Shown in pieces: positions 56,268-64,000 of a stretch of 64,000 nucleotides of DNA. Position 1 is the first letter of the stretch. Each line of letters starts with the position of its first letter. This stretch comes from Eubacteriales bacterium (GTDB lineage Bacteria > Bacillota > Clostridia > Oscillospirales > CAG-272), in the NCBI GenBank assembly GCA_034101145.1, contig JAXEKG010000002.1, positions 12,604 to 76,603 of the forward strand, in the 5' to 3' direction. The notes below the pieces were generated by a model that saw nothing but the letters and a program-made list of their open reading frames with translations, did not search any database and was not told the origin of the DNA. Both the position numbers and the translations under genes were made by a program.

Positions 56268-57926
56268 TTATTTATTTTCCGGGCGATAGCTGTCTTTGAG
56301 ACCAACAATACGATTAAATGTATCGGCATATTTTGAGTCCTTTACGAAATATCCGACACGGACAAACTGAAATTTATCTCCCTCGTTTGCCTCGGAAAGT
56401 GAAGGCTCCGCAAGTGCGTTATCAAGCTTTTTCACTGAATCAAGATTGAGGTAATCTCCGTATCCCTTGCCCTCCGGTATATCCGCAACGTTCTCTATCG
56501 TAAAGAGCTGATCGTAAAGCATTACGTTTATCGGCAGTGCATATTTTGATGCAAGCCAATGTATCGTGCCCTTTATCTTTCTTCCGTCGGCGGGATTTCC
56601 GTTCCCGGTTTCAAGGTCGGCTGTGCAGTGTATTTCCTTTACGCTACCGTTGTCATCCTTTATTATATTATTGCATTTTACGATATATGCGCCCATAAGT
56701 CTGACTTCACCGTCAGGTTTCATGCGGAAGAATTTCGGAGGCGGAACCTCGGCAAAATCATCGGCATCTATATAAAGCTCACGAGCAAAGGGCACTTTTC
56801 TTGTTCCCGCCTCGGGATTCTGCGGATTATTCGGGAGATCGAAATACTCTGTTTTTCCCTCCGGATAATTATCAATAACAACTTTAACCGGATTTAATAT
56901 GGCTATTCTTCGCTGTGCAGTTGAGTTCAGCTCCTCGCGTATGCAATGTTCGAGCAATTCGTAATCAACAACGCTGTATGCCTTGGCAACGCCTGCTCGG
57001 GAGACAAAATCAAATATAGCGCTCGGAGTGTATCCGCGACGACGAAGTCCGCAGAGCGTAGGCATGCGAGGGTCGTCCCATCCGTCTACAAGTCCCGTTT
57101 CAACAAGCTGACGCAAATATCTTTTGCTCATAACGGTGTGAGTAACGTTAAGACGTGCGAATTCTCTCTGTTTGGGCTTGTTTTCCACAGGTATGTTCTC
57201 TACCACCCAGTTGTAAAGCGGACGGTGATTTTCAAATTCAATCGAGCATAGAGAGTGAGTTATACCTTCGAGAGCATCCTGAATAGGGTGTGCATAATCA
57301 TAGAGAGGATATATACACCACTTGTTGCCCTGTCTGTGATGAGATGTATGAACTATACGATAAATCGCAGGGTCCCTCATATTGATGTTGGGAGATGCCA
57401 TATCAATCTTTGCACGCAGAGTTTTAGCTCCGTCGGGGAATTCACCGTTCTTCATTCGCTCAAATAAATCGAGGTTTTCCTCAATGCTTCTGTCACGGTA
57501 CGGACTATTCTTTCCGGGCTCGGTAAGCGTTCCGCGATACTCTCTCATCTCATCTGCAGAAAGATCGCATACGTATGCCTTTCCCTGTTTTATAAGTCTG
57601 ACTGCAAATTCATAACATTTGTCGAAATAGTCGGAGCCGTAGAATACTCCGCCGTTCGGCTCCGCGCCAAGCCATTTAAGGTCCTCATATATTGAGTTGA
57701 CGTATTCGTTATCTTCCTTTGAGGGGTTGGTGTCATCGTAGCGCAGATTAAATTTACCGCCGTATTTCTTAGCTATTGAATAGTTTATCCAAATAGCCTT
57801 CGCACTTCCTATATGGAGATAACCATTAGGCTCCGGCGGAAAACGCGTATGAATTTTAAGATCGGGATTCTTCTTAAGATCCTCGTCTATTATATCCAGA
57901 ATAAAGTTAGATTTGATTTCTTCCAT
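56268..57926 (-). CDS. glnS: Glutamine--tRNA ligase
   Basis: PEPNGYLHIGSAKA (HIGH) and TVMSKR (KMSKS). Start moved from the TTG at 57941 to ATG 57926, which has RBS GGAGA. Confidence 0.95.
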   Translation of the reverse strand: MEEIKSNFILDIIDEDLKKNPDLKIHTRFPPEPNGYLHIGSAKAIWINYSIAKKYGGKFNLRYDDTNPSKEDNEYVNSIYEDLKWLGAEPNGGVFYGSDYFDKCYEFAVRLIKQGKAYVCDLSADEMREYRGTLTEPGKNSPYRDRSIEENLDLFERMKNGEFPDGAKTLRAKIDMASPNINMRDPAIYRIVHTSHHRQGNKWCIYPLYDYAHPIQDALEGITHSLCSIEFENHRPLYNWVVENIPVENKPKQREFARLNVTHTVMSKRYLRQLVETGLVDGWDDPRMPTLCGLRRRGYTPSAIFDFVSRAGVAKAYSVVDYELLEHCIREELNSTAQRRIAILNPVKVVIDNYPEGKTEYFDLPNNPQNPEAGTRKVPFARELYIDADDFAEVPPPKFFRMKPDGEVRLMGAYIVKCNNIIKDDNGSVKEIHCTADLETGNGNPADGRKIKGTIHWLASKYALPINVMLYDQLFTIENVADIPEGKGYGDYLNLDSVKKLDNALAEPSLSEANEGDKFQFVRVGYFVKDSKYADTFNRIVGLKDSYRPENK

Positions 57927-58011
57927 AGTTTTATTCTCCAATACTCCAAGGCTTTTTATGTCTGTTATAAATAATCTGAGGGTATTAATTCAATTCGTGA
58001 GATATACATTT

Positions 58012-58620
58012 TCAGATATGAAAACACTTTTCCGCAAATATCGAGGTTTCCTTGCCATGTCCGGGAAAAACAATTGCTTTGTCAGGTAAAGACATAAGCT
58101 TTTTTACGGAATTTTCAAGCTTTTCTTTGTTCCCGGAATACAAATCGCATCTGCCGACATCTCCGCCCGCAAAAACTGTATCACCGGAAAATAGAATACC
58201 GCTATCCTTGCAATAATAGCAAACGGAGCCGTCCGTATGCCCGGGAGTTTCGATAACTGTTAATTTTTCTCTCCCTACCGTTATTTCTTCTTTATCTTTA
58301 ACGTGGACAACGTTTGCATTATCAACCGTTATTGTCCCGCCGAGAAAATATGAAGACGCATTCTTATAGGAATCTGTAAGCATATCGGCATCGGACGTTC
58401 CGACGTAAACCGGAATACCTAATCTTACATATTTGTCAAGGGCGAGTATATGGTCGAAATGCCCGTGCGTCAACAGTACGCATGTAACTCTCGGATAGTT
58501 TGAGAGAAATCTCTCATTATACTCCGTAGGGTCTATAACTGCGGAAGAGGTCGTCGCATCATCGTAAACGATATATGAGTTTGCGGCATAACCACGCCCG
58601 CCGAATTTATCACATTTCAT
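58012..58620 (-). CDS. MBL-fold metallo-hydrolase
   Basis: LTHGHFDH motif, with TPGHTDGS and GHG downstream. Start moved to ATG 58620, which has RBS GAGGAA. Confidence 0.85.
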   Translation of the reverse strand: MKCDKFGGRGYAANSYIVYDDATTSSAVIDPTEYNERFLSNYPRVTCVLLTHGHFDHILALDKYVRLGIPVYVGTSDADMLTDSYKNASSYFLGGTITVDNANVVHVKDKEEITVGREKLTVIETPGHTDGSVCYYCKDSGILFSGDTVFAGGDVGRCDLYSGNKEKLENSVKKLMSLPDKAIVFPGHGKETSIFAEKCFHI

Positions 58621-58856
58621 ATTTTCCTCATCATTCACATAATAAGCGCAAGCCCGATAATGGCAAGCGTTAAAAACATATAAGAATTTATGACATAAAT
58701 TATATCACATAATGTATTTTTTGTCTACAATATTTACATATTTTTTAATTTTTAAGGATTTAAGAAACGTGATACTCCCCATCGCAATTCACGGCATTAT
58801 CAGTGGGACATAAACTGTTAATGCGTACCGAATATTATCCTGCACGGGAGAAAAAA

Positions 58857-59072
58857 ATGACGTACTGTATATTTGTGATTGGTTCGGTCACTTACGCCCA
58901 GAAAGCTAAGAGAGCCCTTCAGGTAAAAAGAATACAGTCTAAGATAATAAAAACTGACGGACTTAAAAATGCAGGTGGGTGCGCATACGGGATAGAGCTT
59001 CAATGCCGCGACGTAATTGCTGCCGCAGCGGAGCTGCGCTCTCTCGGAATAGACTACAAATATCTGGAGTAG
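58857..59072 (+). CDS. DUF3343 protein (putative S/Se carrier-like)
   Basis: 71 aa. F.IGSV.YAQKAKRAL...GGCAYGIEL pattern with a single conserved Cys. Immediately precedes a cysteine-desulfurase-family gene. Start at ATG 58857. Confidence 0.7.
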   Translation: MTYCIFVIGSVTYAQKAKRALQVKRIQSKIIKTDGLKNAGGCAYGIELQCRDVIAAAAELRSLGIDYKYLE

Positions 59073-59074
59073 CT

Positions 59075-60202
59075 ATGATATATTTTGACAATGCGGCAAC
59101 AACTTATCCTAAACCTCCGAAAACGGTGAAAATTATAAAAGATTGCATAATCCACGCCGGCGGAAATCCGGGTAGAAGCTCTCATCTTTTGTCGATGAGA
59201 GCCGCCGACATTATTTATTCGTGCAGAGAAAAGATATGTATTCTTCTCGGCTACGACAAACCCGAAAACGTGATTTTCACCCCAAATGCCACATATGCGC
59301 TCAATCTCGCCATAAAAACAAAAGTGCGTGAAGGCTCTCATATACTGATAAGCGACATGGAGCATAATTCGGTTTTGAGACCGGTACGCTGCCTCTCACG
59401 CGACAAGAACATCACCTATGATGTTTTTCCGACCGATGGCGATATAGAGAAAAATATATGTGAAAAAATAACCGAGAAAACCGATATTTTGGTATGTAAC
59501 CATGTATCTAACGTATGCGGAAGGAAACAAGACCTCAAAAAAATAGGAGAGCTCTGCAAACGAAAAGGGATATACTTTATTGCGGATTTATCTCAAAGTA
59601 TAGGCCATTTTCCAATAAATTTCAATGATATTTGCGCCGATGCTGTATGCGCCCCCGGACACAAAGGGCTATTCGGCATTCAGGGCTCAGGTTTTGTTTT
59701 ACTGCGTAACTCCGACGGATTGCGCGAATTTATTGAAGGCGGAAGCGGCTCAAATTCCAAAGATACTCTGATGCCTATGCAGTTACCCGACAGATACGAG
59801 GCAGGGACTCTTTTCACCCCTGCCATAGCGGCTCTATCATATGGAATAGACTATATAAACAAAATCGGATACAGTGAAATAGAAGAACGGGAAAACAGAA
59901 TTCTTAAACGCATATACGATATTCTATCGGATACCTTGGATTGTGACATATATGCTCCCAAAGACCTCACGGGAAGCGTGTTGTCCTTTAATATAAAGGG
60001 TTTTGACCAAAATGACGTAGCGTCTTATCTGTGCGAAAAGAATGTGTATTGCAGAGGCGGATACCATTGCTCCCCGCTCGCTCACAAAGCCATCGGCACA
60101 TTTGATACGGGAGCTGTAAGGCTAAGTATCAGCCTTTTCAATAAAATGTCTGAGGCGGAAAAACTGTTTCAAATTATAAAGGAATCGCCGTTTTCAAAAT
60201 AA
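59075..60202 (+). CDS. Class V aminotransferase-fold cysteine desulfurase family protein
   Basis: IYFDNAATTYP; PLP-lysine context CAPGHKGLFG; active-site Cys context RGGYHCSPLAH. Start at ATG 59075. Confidence 0.85.
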   Translation: MIYFDNAATTYPKPPKTVKIIKDCIIHAGGNPGRSSHLLSMRAADIIYSCREKICILLGYDKPENVIFTPNATYALNLAIKTKVREGSHILISDMEHNSVLRPVRCLSRDKNITYDVFPTDGDIEKNICEKITEKTDILVCNHVSNVCGRKQDLKKIGELCKRKGIYFIADLSQSIGHFPINFNDICADAVCAPGHKGLFGIQGSGFVLLRNSDGLREFIEGGSGSNSKDTLMPMQLPDRYEAGTLFTPAIAALSYGIDYINKIGYSEIEERENRILKRIYDILSDTLDCDIYAPKDLTGSVLSFNIKGFDQNDVASYLCEKNVYCRGGYHCSPLAHKAIGTFDTGAVRLSISLFNKMSEAEKLFQIIKESPFSK

Positions 60203-60229
60203 AACGTACCGTATCACTCAACGAAAAAG

Positions 60230-60268
60230 CGGGTATTCTGCACATTATTGCAGATACCCGTGATTTTT
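60230..60268. terminator. Hairpin terminator between convergent desulfurase and GH13 genes
   Basis: CGGGTAT(t)CTGCA-cattat-TGCAGATACCCG followed by TGATTTTT. Confidence 0.6.
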
Positions 60269-62316
60269 CATTTATCTGAAGATTTGTGTTTTTGCGCTGA
60301 TTTCTTTTGAGTAAATACCGAAGAAGGCAATTCGAAATCGCAATCGTTTATAACGTCAAACGTATCGAGTTTATCACTTGTCATAAGGACTATGCATCCA
60401 CTGTACGGTTCAATACAGATAGCACCGCGAAGTTTGATTACTCCGAAAACGCTTTTTATCGAGTCACCGCTAACGAAAATTCGTTCAGAAGAATTATTGA
60501 CTACTGTAATATACTCCAGCCCGTTTGCCTCTCTTGAGAATGCGAGAACGTCTTTATCAAGACAAAGAAGGCGGAATTCCCCGTTTTTGTATACGTCAAT
60601 GCTTTTTCTCGTTTTCCCGAGCGCTGTATAAAAATCCCGTATGTCCGTATCCGGTTTTTTCCATGGATACGGCATTCTGTTAAACGGATCTTTATATCCC
60701 TGCATACCTACCTCATCGCCGTAATAGATACACGGAACGCCTGGTAGAGTTGCAATGATAAGATACGCAAGCTTTTGGAGCTTTGAGCCTCTCATATAGT
60801 CATGCTCAGACATTTTATAGTGCGCGAGAATATGATTTGACGTTCCCCTCGGAGAGGGTGCGGCAAGGGCAGTTATTATCCTCTCCGTATCGTGCGTACC
60901 GAGCAAATTCATTTGAGCATCCGCAATTCTCTTCGGCATGTTGGGCAAAACGTCCGAAAGTGCATATTCGAGTGCACCCGTGTTTTTATTACGCAGATAA
61001 TCTATGATAGCCGTGCGGTATGGGTAATTCATCACGCCGTCGAGCTCTTTACCCATATAATACTTCTTGCGTATGTCATAGGCGATTTTATTGGAGGCGT
61101 CTTCCCATACCTCACCGTATAGTATGCTCTGCCCGTTCTCCTTGTCGAGGACGTCTTTTAATTTTGTAACGAATGAATCCTTGAGTTCGTCAACGACATC
61201 AAGTCGGAAGCCCGAAATTCCCATCTTCATATAATGCTCGGCAACTCCGCCTTTTCCGAGAAAGTATTCTGCACATTCCGCTCGTTCGGTGTGAATACGC
61301 GGAAGAGTTTTTATACCCCACCACGACGTATATTCGTCGGGAAAGTCCTTAAAATCATACCATGAATAATATTTTGAGGATTTAGATTGGTATGCACCTA
61401 TTGAATCGTATTTACCGTATTTGTTGAAATAGATACTGTCATCACCCGTATGATTGAAAACGCCGTCGAGAATTACCCTTATATTCCGCTTTTTCGCTTC
61501 CGATATAAGTTTTCGAAGAGCATCCTCTCCTCCGAAAGCATCATCAACTTTCATATAGTTGCCCGTATCGTACTTATGGTTGGAATAAGCCTCGAAAACA
61601 GGGCTTAAATATATGCAATTAACACCGAGAGAGGAAATATAATCGAGCTTGTCGGCAACTCCGTACAGATTACCGCCGAAGAAAGTATTGTTTTCAAGAT
61701 GCGCGCCGGGATATTCCGGGTATTCGGGTATACCGTTATCCCAGTCGGTATTAAGTATCGAATCTCTCCGCATCGGAGTCTCGACAGTACGGCAAAAACG
61801 GTCAACAAACACGTGATATATTATGCCTCCGTATATCCATTCGGGAGCATTATGAGAAAAATCGCTCACCGTAAGCTGAAACTGATACGGAATATCCCCC
61901 TCGGCTTTTCGGAAAGAAACAGTGTTACCGCACGACAGCTTATATGCATAAGCATCTCCCGCAACGGTCTTTATATAAAAACCTATAAAATAAAGTCCAC
62001 TGTTCTCTTTCTTATCGGAGATATCATCATTTGCACAAAAATCTTTTTCGGTATCAACCGTTACACGGTATAAATCCATATCACAGTTCATTGTGCTAAA
62101 GCGAAGTTCCCGCTCAATTATAAATCCGGTATAGTCGTTTCGTATAAAGGCTTTTACATACGACGCTCCGAGAGCGCGCGGCAAAAGGAGGTTAAAACCG
62201 ATGCGGTCACCGTACAAAAACGCACGGCGACCGTAGCAGTATTCACCATCCCTATCGAATATAAGTTCGCCGGTTGCGGACAAGGTATTGTCCGTGTGAA
62301 TTCTGAGATTGAGCAT
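60268..62316 (-). CDS. GH13 alpha-amylase family enzyme (neopullulanase/cyclomaltodextrinase-like)
   Basis: Conserved regions DGVFNHTG, GFRLDVVDE, YGEVWED and LLGTHDTER. Starts 3 nt after the glgP stop. Confidence 0.88.
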   Translation of the reverse strand: MLNLRIHTDNTLSATGELIFDRDGEYCYGRRAFLYGDRIGFNLLLPRALGASYVKAFIRNDYTGFIIERELRFSTMNCDMDLYRVTVDTEKDFCANDDISDKKENSGLYFIGFYIKTVAGDAYAYKLSCGNTVSFRKAEGDIPYQFQLTVSDFSHNAPEWIYGGIIYHVFVDRFCRTVETPMRRDSILNTDWDNGIPEYPEYPGAHLENNTFFGGNLYGVADKLDYISSLGVNCIYLSPVFEAYSNHKYDTGNYMKVDDAFGGEDALRKLISEAKKRNIRVILDGVFNHTGDDSIYFNKYGKYDSIGAYQSKSSKYYSWYDFKDFPDEYTSWWGIKTLPRIHTERAECAEYFLGKGGVAEHYMKMGISGFRLDVVDELKDSFVTKLKDVLDKENGQSILYGEVWEDASNKIAYDIRKKYYMGKELDGVMNYPYRTAIIDYLRNKNTGALEYALSDVLPNMPKRIADAQMNLLGTHDTERIITALAAPSPRGTSNHILAHYKMSEHDYMRGSKLQKLAYLIIATLPGVPCIYYGDEVGMQGYKDPFNRMPYPWKKPDTDIRDFYTALGKTRKSIDVYKNGEFRLLCLDKDVLAFSREANGLEYITVVNNSSERIFVSGDSIKSVFGVIKLRGAICIEPYSGCIVLMTSDKLDTFDVINDCDFELPSSVFTQKKSAQKHKSSDK

Positions 62317-62319
62317 CGT

Positions 62320-64000
62320 TTATTTTCCTATTGGTGTGAGATGCCAGATTTCGTTTGCATAAGTTCTTATGCTGTTATCAGCGGCAAATCTGCCTGCTCT
62401 TGAAATATTGATAAGCGACTTTCTCGCCCATTCAAGTCTGTCACGATAATCGTTCATGGCCCTGTCATGCTCGTATCTGTATGCGCTGAAATCGGCAAGG
62501 CACATGTACGGGTCTGCAACGGAATGAGTTCCGTTTATCAGATAATCTGCAATATCCGAGAAATCCTCTCCGCCGATTCTGGAATTGAGTCTGTCTACCG
62601 TGCGTCTGATAACTTCAGAATTGCGGTAGTATTCTCTTGCTTCATATCCGTGACGCCACAGTTCATCAACCTCGTACGTGTTAAGACCGAAAATGTATAT
62701 GTTTCTGTCTCCGACGGCGTCGAGTATCTCAACGTTTGCTCCGTCGAGTGTTCCCATCGTGAGAGCGCCGTTAAGCATGAGCTTCATGTTACTCGTTCCG
62801 CTGGCTTCCTTACCTGCCAGAGAAATCTGCTCGCTTATATCTGCAGAAGGGATGATTACCTCTGCCATACTTACGTTATAGTCTTCCATAAAGACTACCT
62901 TGATTTTTTCCCTGGTTGCCGGGTTGTTCTCAAGCTCGCGTGAGAGGAAATAAATGAGCTTTATAAGTCTCTTAGCCATATAGTAGCTCGGAGCCGCCTT
63001 TGCACCGAAGATGAACGTCTCCGGCATTATATTGGCATTGGGATTATCGCATACTTCGTTATATATCGATATTATTTTAAGCACGTTAAGAAGCTGTCTC
63101 TTATACTCGTGCATTCTCTTTATCTGAACGTCATATACGGAATCCGGGTCAACGTTTCTTCCGGTTCTCTCTTTAATGTAGTTTGAGAGGCGGACCTTAT
63201 TCTCGCGTTTTACCGCATTAAGGCGCAGAAGAACCTCGTCGTCGGTTGCAAACTTCTCGAATTTGCGCAGCTCGGAGGGCTGAGACATAAATCCTTCGCC
63301 TATTGTCGAGGTAAGGAGTGACGAAAGCCCCGGATTTGCATAGCAGAGCCATCTGCGGTGTACTATACCGTTGGTAACGTTCGTGAATTTCCACGGTGTC
63401 ATCTTATAGAAGTCGTGGAATACCGTCTTTTTGAGTATATCGCTGTGAAGCTGTGATACGCCGTTGACGGTGTGGGAACCGACAACGCAGAGATTTGCCA
63501 TTTTAACCTGGCCGTATCCGACTATTGCCATCCTGGAAATTCTATCCCAGTCTCCGGGATACATGTTCCAGAGGTCTGCACAGAAACGACGGTTTATTTC
63601 GGTTACTATTGAGAATATTCTCGGAAGCTTGAGCCTGAACAAATCAATCTTCCAACACTCGAGAGCCTCGGGAAGAACCGTATGGTTAGTGTACGAAACG
63701 GATTTCGTAACGATTTTCCATGCGTCATCCCACGAATAGGAATATACGTCCATGAGTATACGCATAAGCTCGGGGATACAAAGTGCCGGATGCGTATCGT
63801 TGATATGAAGGGCTATTCTGTTCTCGAAATTATCGAGCGAGCCGTTAGCCGCAAAATAATCGCGGATTATACTCTGAAGCGATGCGGAAACGAGGAAATA
63901 TTGCTGAGTAAGACGGAGGAGCTTTCCCTCATCATAGTTATCCGGCGGATAAAGCTGCCTTGTGATTTCTTCTGCATTTGAATTCTTTTCGTGTGCCTTT
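62320..64000 (-). CDS. glgP: Glycogen/maltodextrin phosphorylase, 5' end beyond the window edge
   Basis: The frame stays open upstream of the listed Met to base 64000 (…LYPPDNYDEGKLLRLTQQYFLVSASLQSIIRDY…NDTHPALCIPELMRIL). The PLP site is EASGTSNMKLMLNGALT. Confidence 0.93.
   Translation of the reverse strand, partial: KAHEKNSNAEEITRQLYPPDNYDEGKLLRLTQQYFLVSASLQSIIRDYFAANGSLDNFENRIALHINDTHPALCIPELMRILMDVYSYSWDDAWKIVTKSVSYTNHTVLPEALECWKIDLFRLKLPRIFSIVTEINRRFCADLWNMYPGDWDRISRMAIVGYGQVKMANLCVVGSHTVNGVSQLHSDILKKTVFHDFYKMTPWKFTNVTNGIVHRRWLCYANPGLSSLLTSTIGEGFMSQPSELRKFEKFATDDEVLLRLNAVKRENKVRLSNYIKERTGRNVDPDSVYDVQIKRMHEYKRQLLNVLKIISIYNEVCDNPNANIMPETFIFGAKAAPSYYMAKRLIKLIYFLSRELENNPATREKIKVVFMEDYNVSMAEVIIPSADISEQISLAGKEASGTSNMKLMLNGALTMGTLDGANVEILDAVGDRNIYIFGLNTYEVDELWRHGYEAREYYRNSEVIRRTVDRLNSRIGGEDFSDIADYLINGTHSVADPYMCLADFSAYRYEHDRAMNDYRDRLEWARKSLINISRAGRFAADNSIRTYANEIWHLTPIGK

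Overview
AT-rich chromosomal segment from an endospore-forming Firmicute, most likely class Clostridia. This is inferred from gpr, spoIVA, a SpoVD/SpoVE-type dcw cluster, a YaaH-like LysM-GH18 protein, strong GGAGG ribosome-binding sites and TTGACA-17-TATAAT promoters. The window is almost entirely core housekeeping. It holds the rpsF-ssb-rpsR operon; an orphan peptide-binding lipoprotein; gpr and spoIVA; galM; tRNA-Arg/tRNA-His and tRNA-Lys; an nfeD-SPFH pair; and an ACP gene followed by a separate FAD-dehydrogenase gene. It continues with ung, comFC, recD2, metK behind a SAM-I riboswitch, rpe, ispDF and a dcw cluster (mraZ-rsmH-ftsL-like-PBP-murE-murF-mraY-ftsW-murG, then ftsZ). The remainder is eno, metG-tatD-radical SAM, holB-ricT-ferredoxin-methyltransferase-rsmI, glnS, a DUF3343/cysteine-desulfurase pair, and a GH13 amylase plus glgP running off the 3' edge. 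I found no CRISPR array, intact mobile element or obvious defence island. Best leads: (1) a COG0523 metallochaperone GTPase whose linker is seven in-frame 36-bp tandem repeats encoding (ECCHGHHHDDED)n. (2) Its operon partner, a CxCC-less CobW-like GTPase fused to what looks like a soluble DUF1980/TIGR03943-type CC-motif domain. (3) A decayed, 5'-truncated RHS/YD-repeat fragment between yitT and glnS. (4) An unexplained, structured 350-nt ispF-rpe spacer. (5) A dcw cluster without murD, ftsQ or ftsA. All family assignments come from motif recognition by eye; no database search was run.
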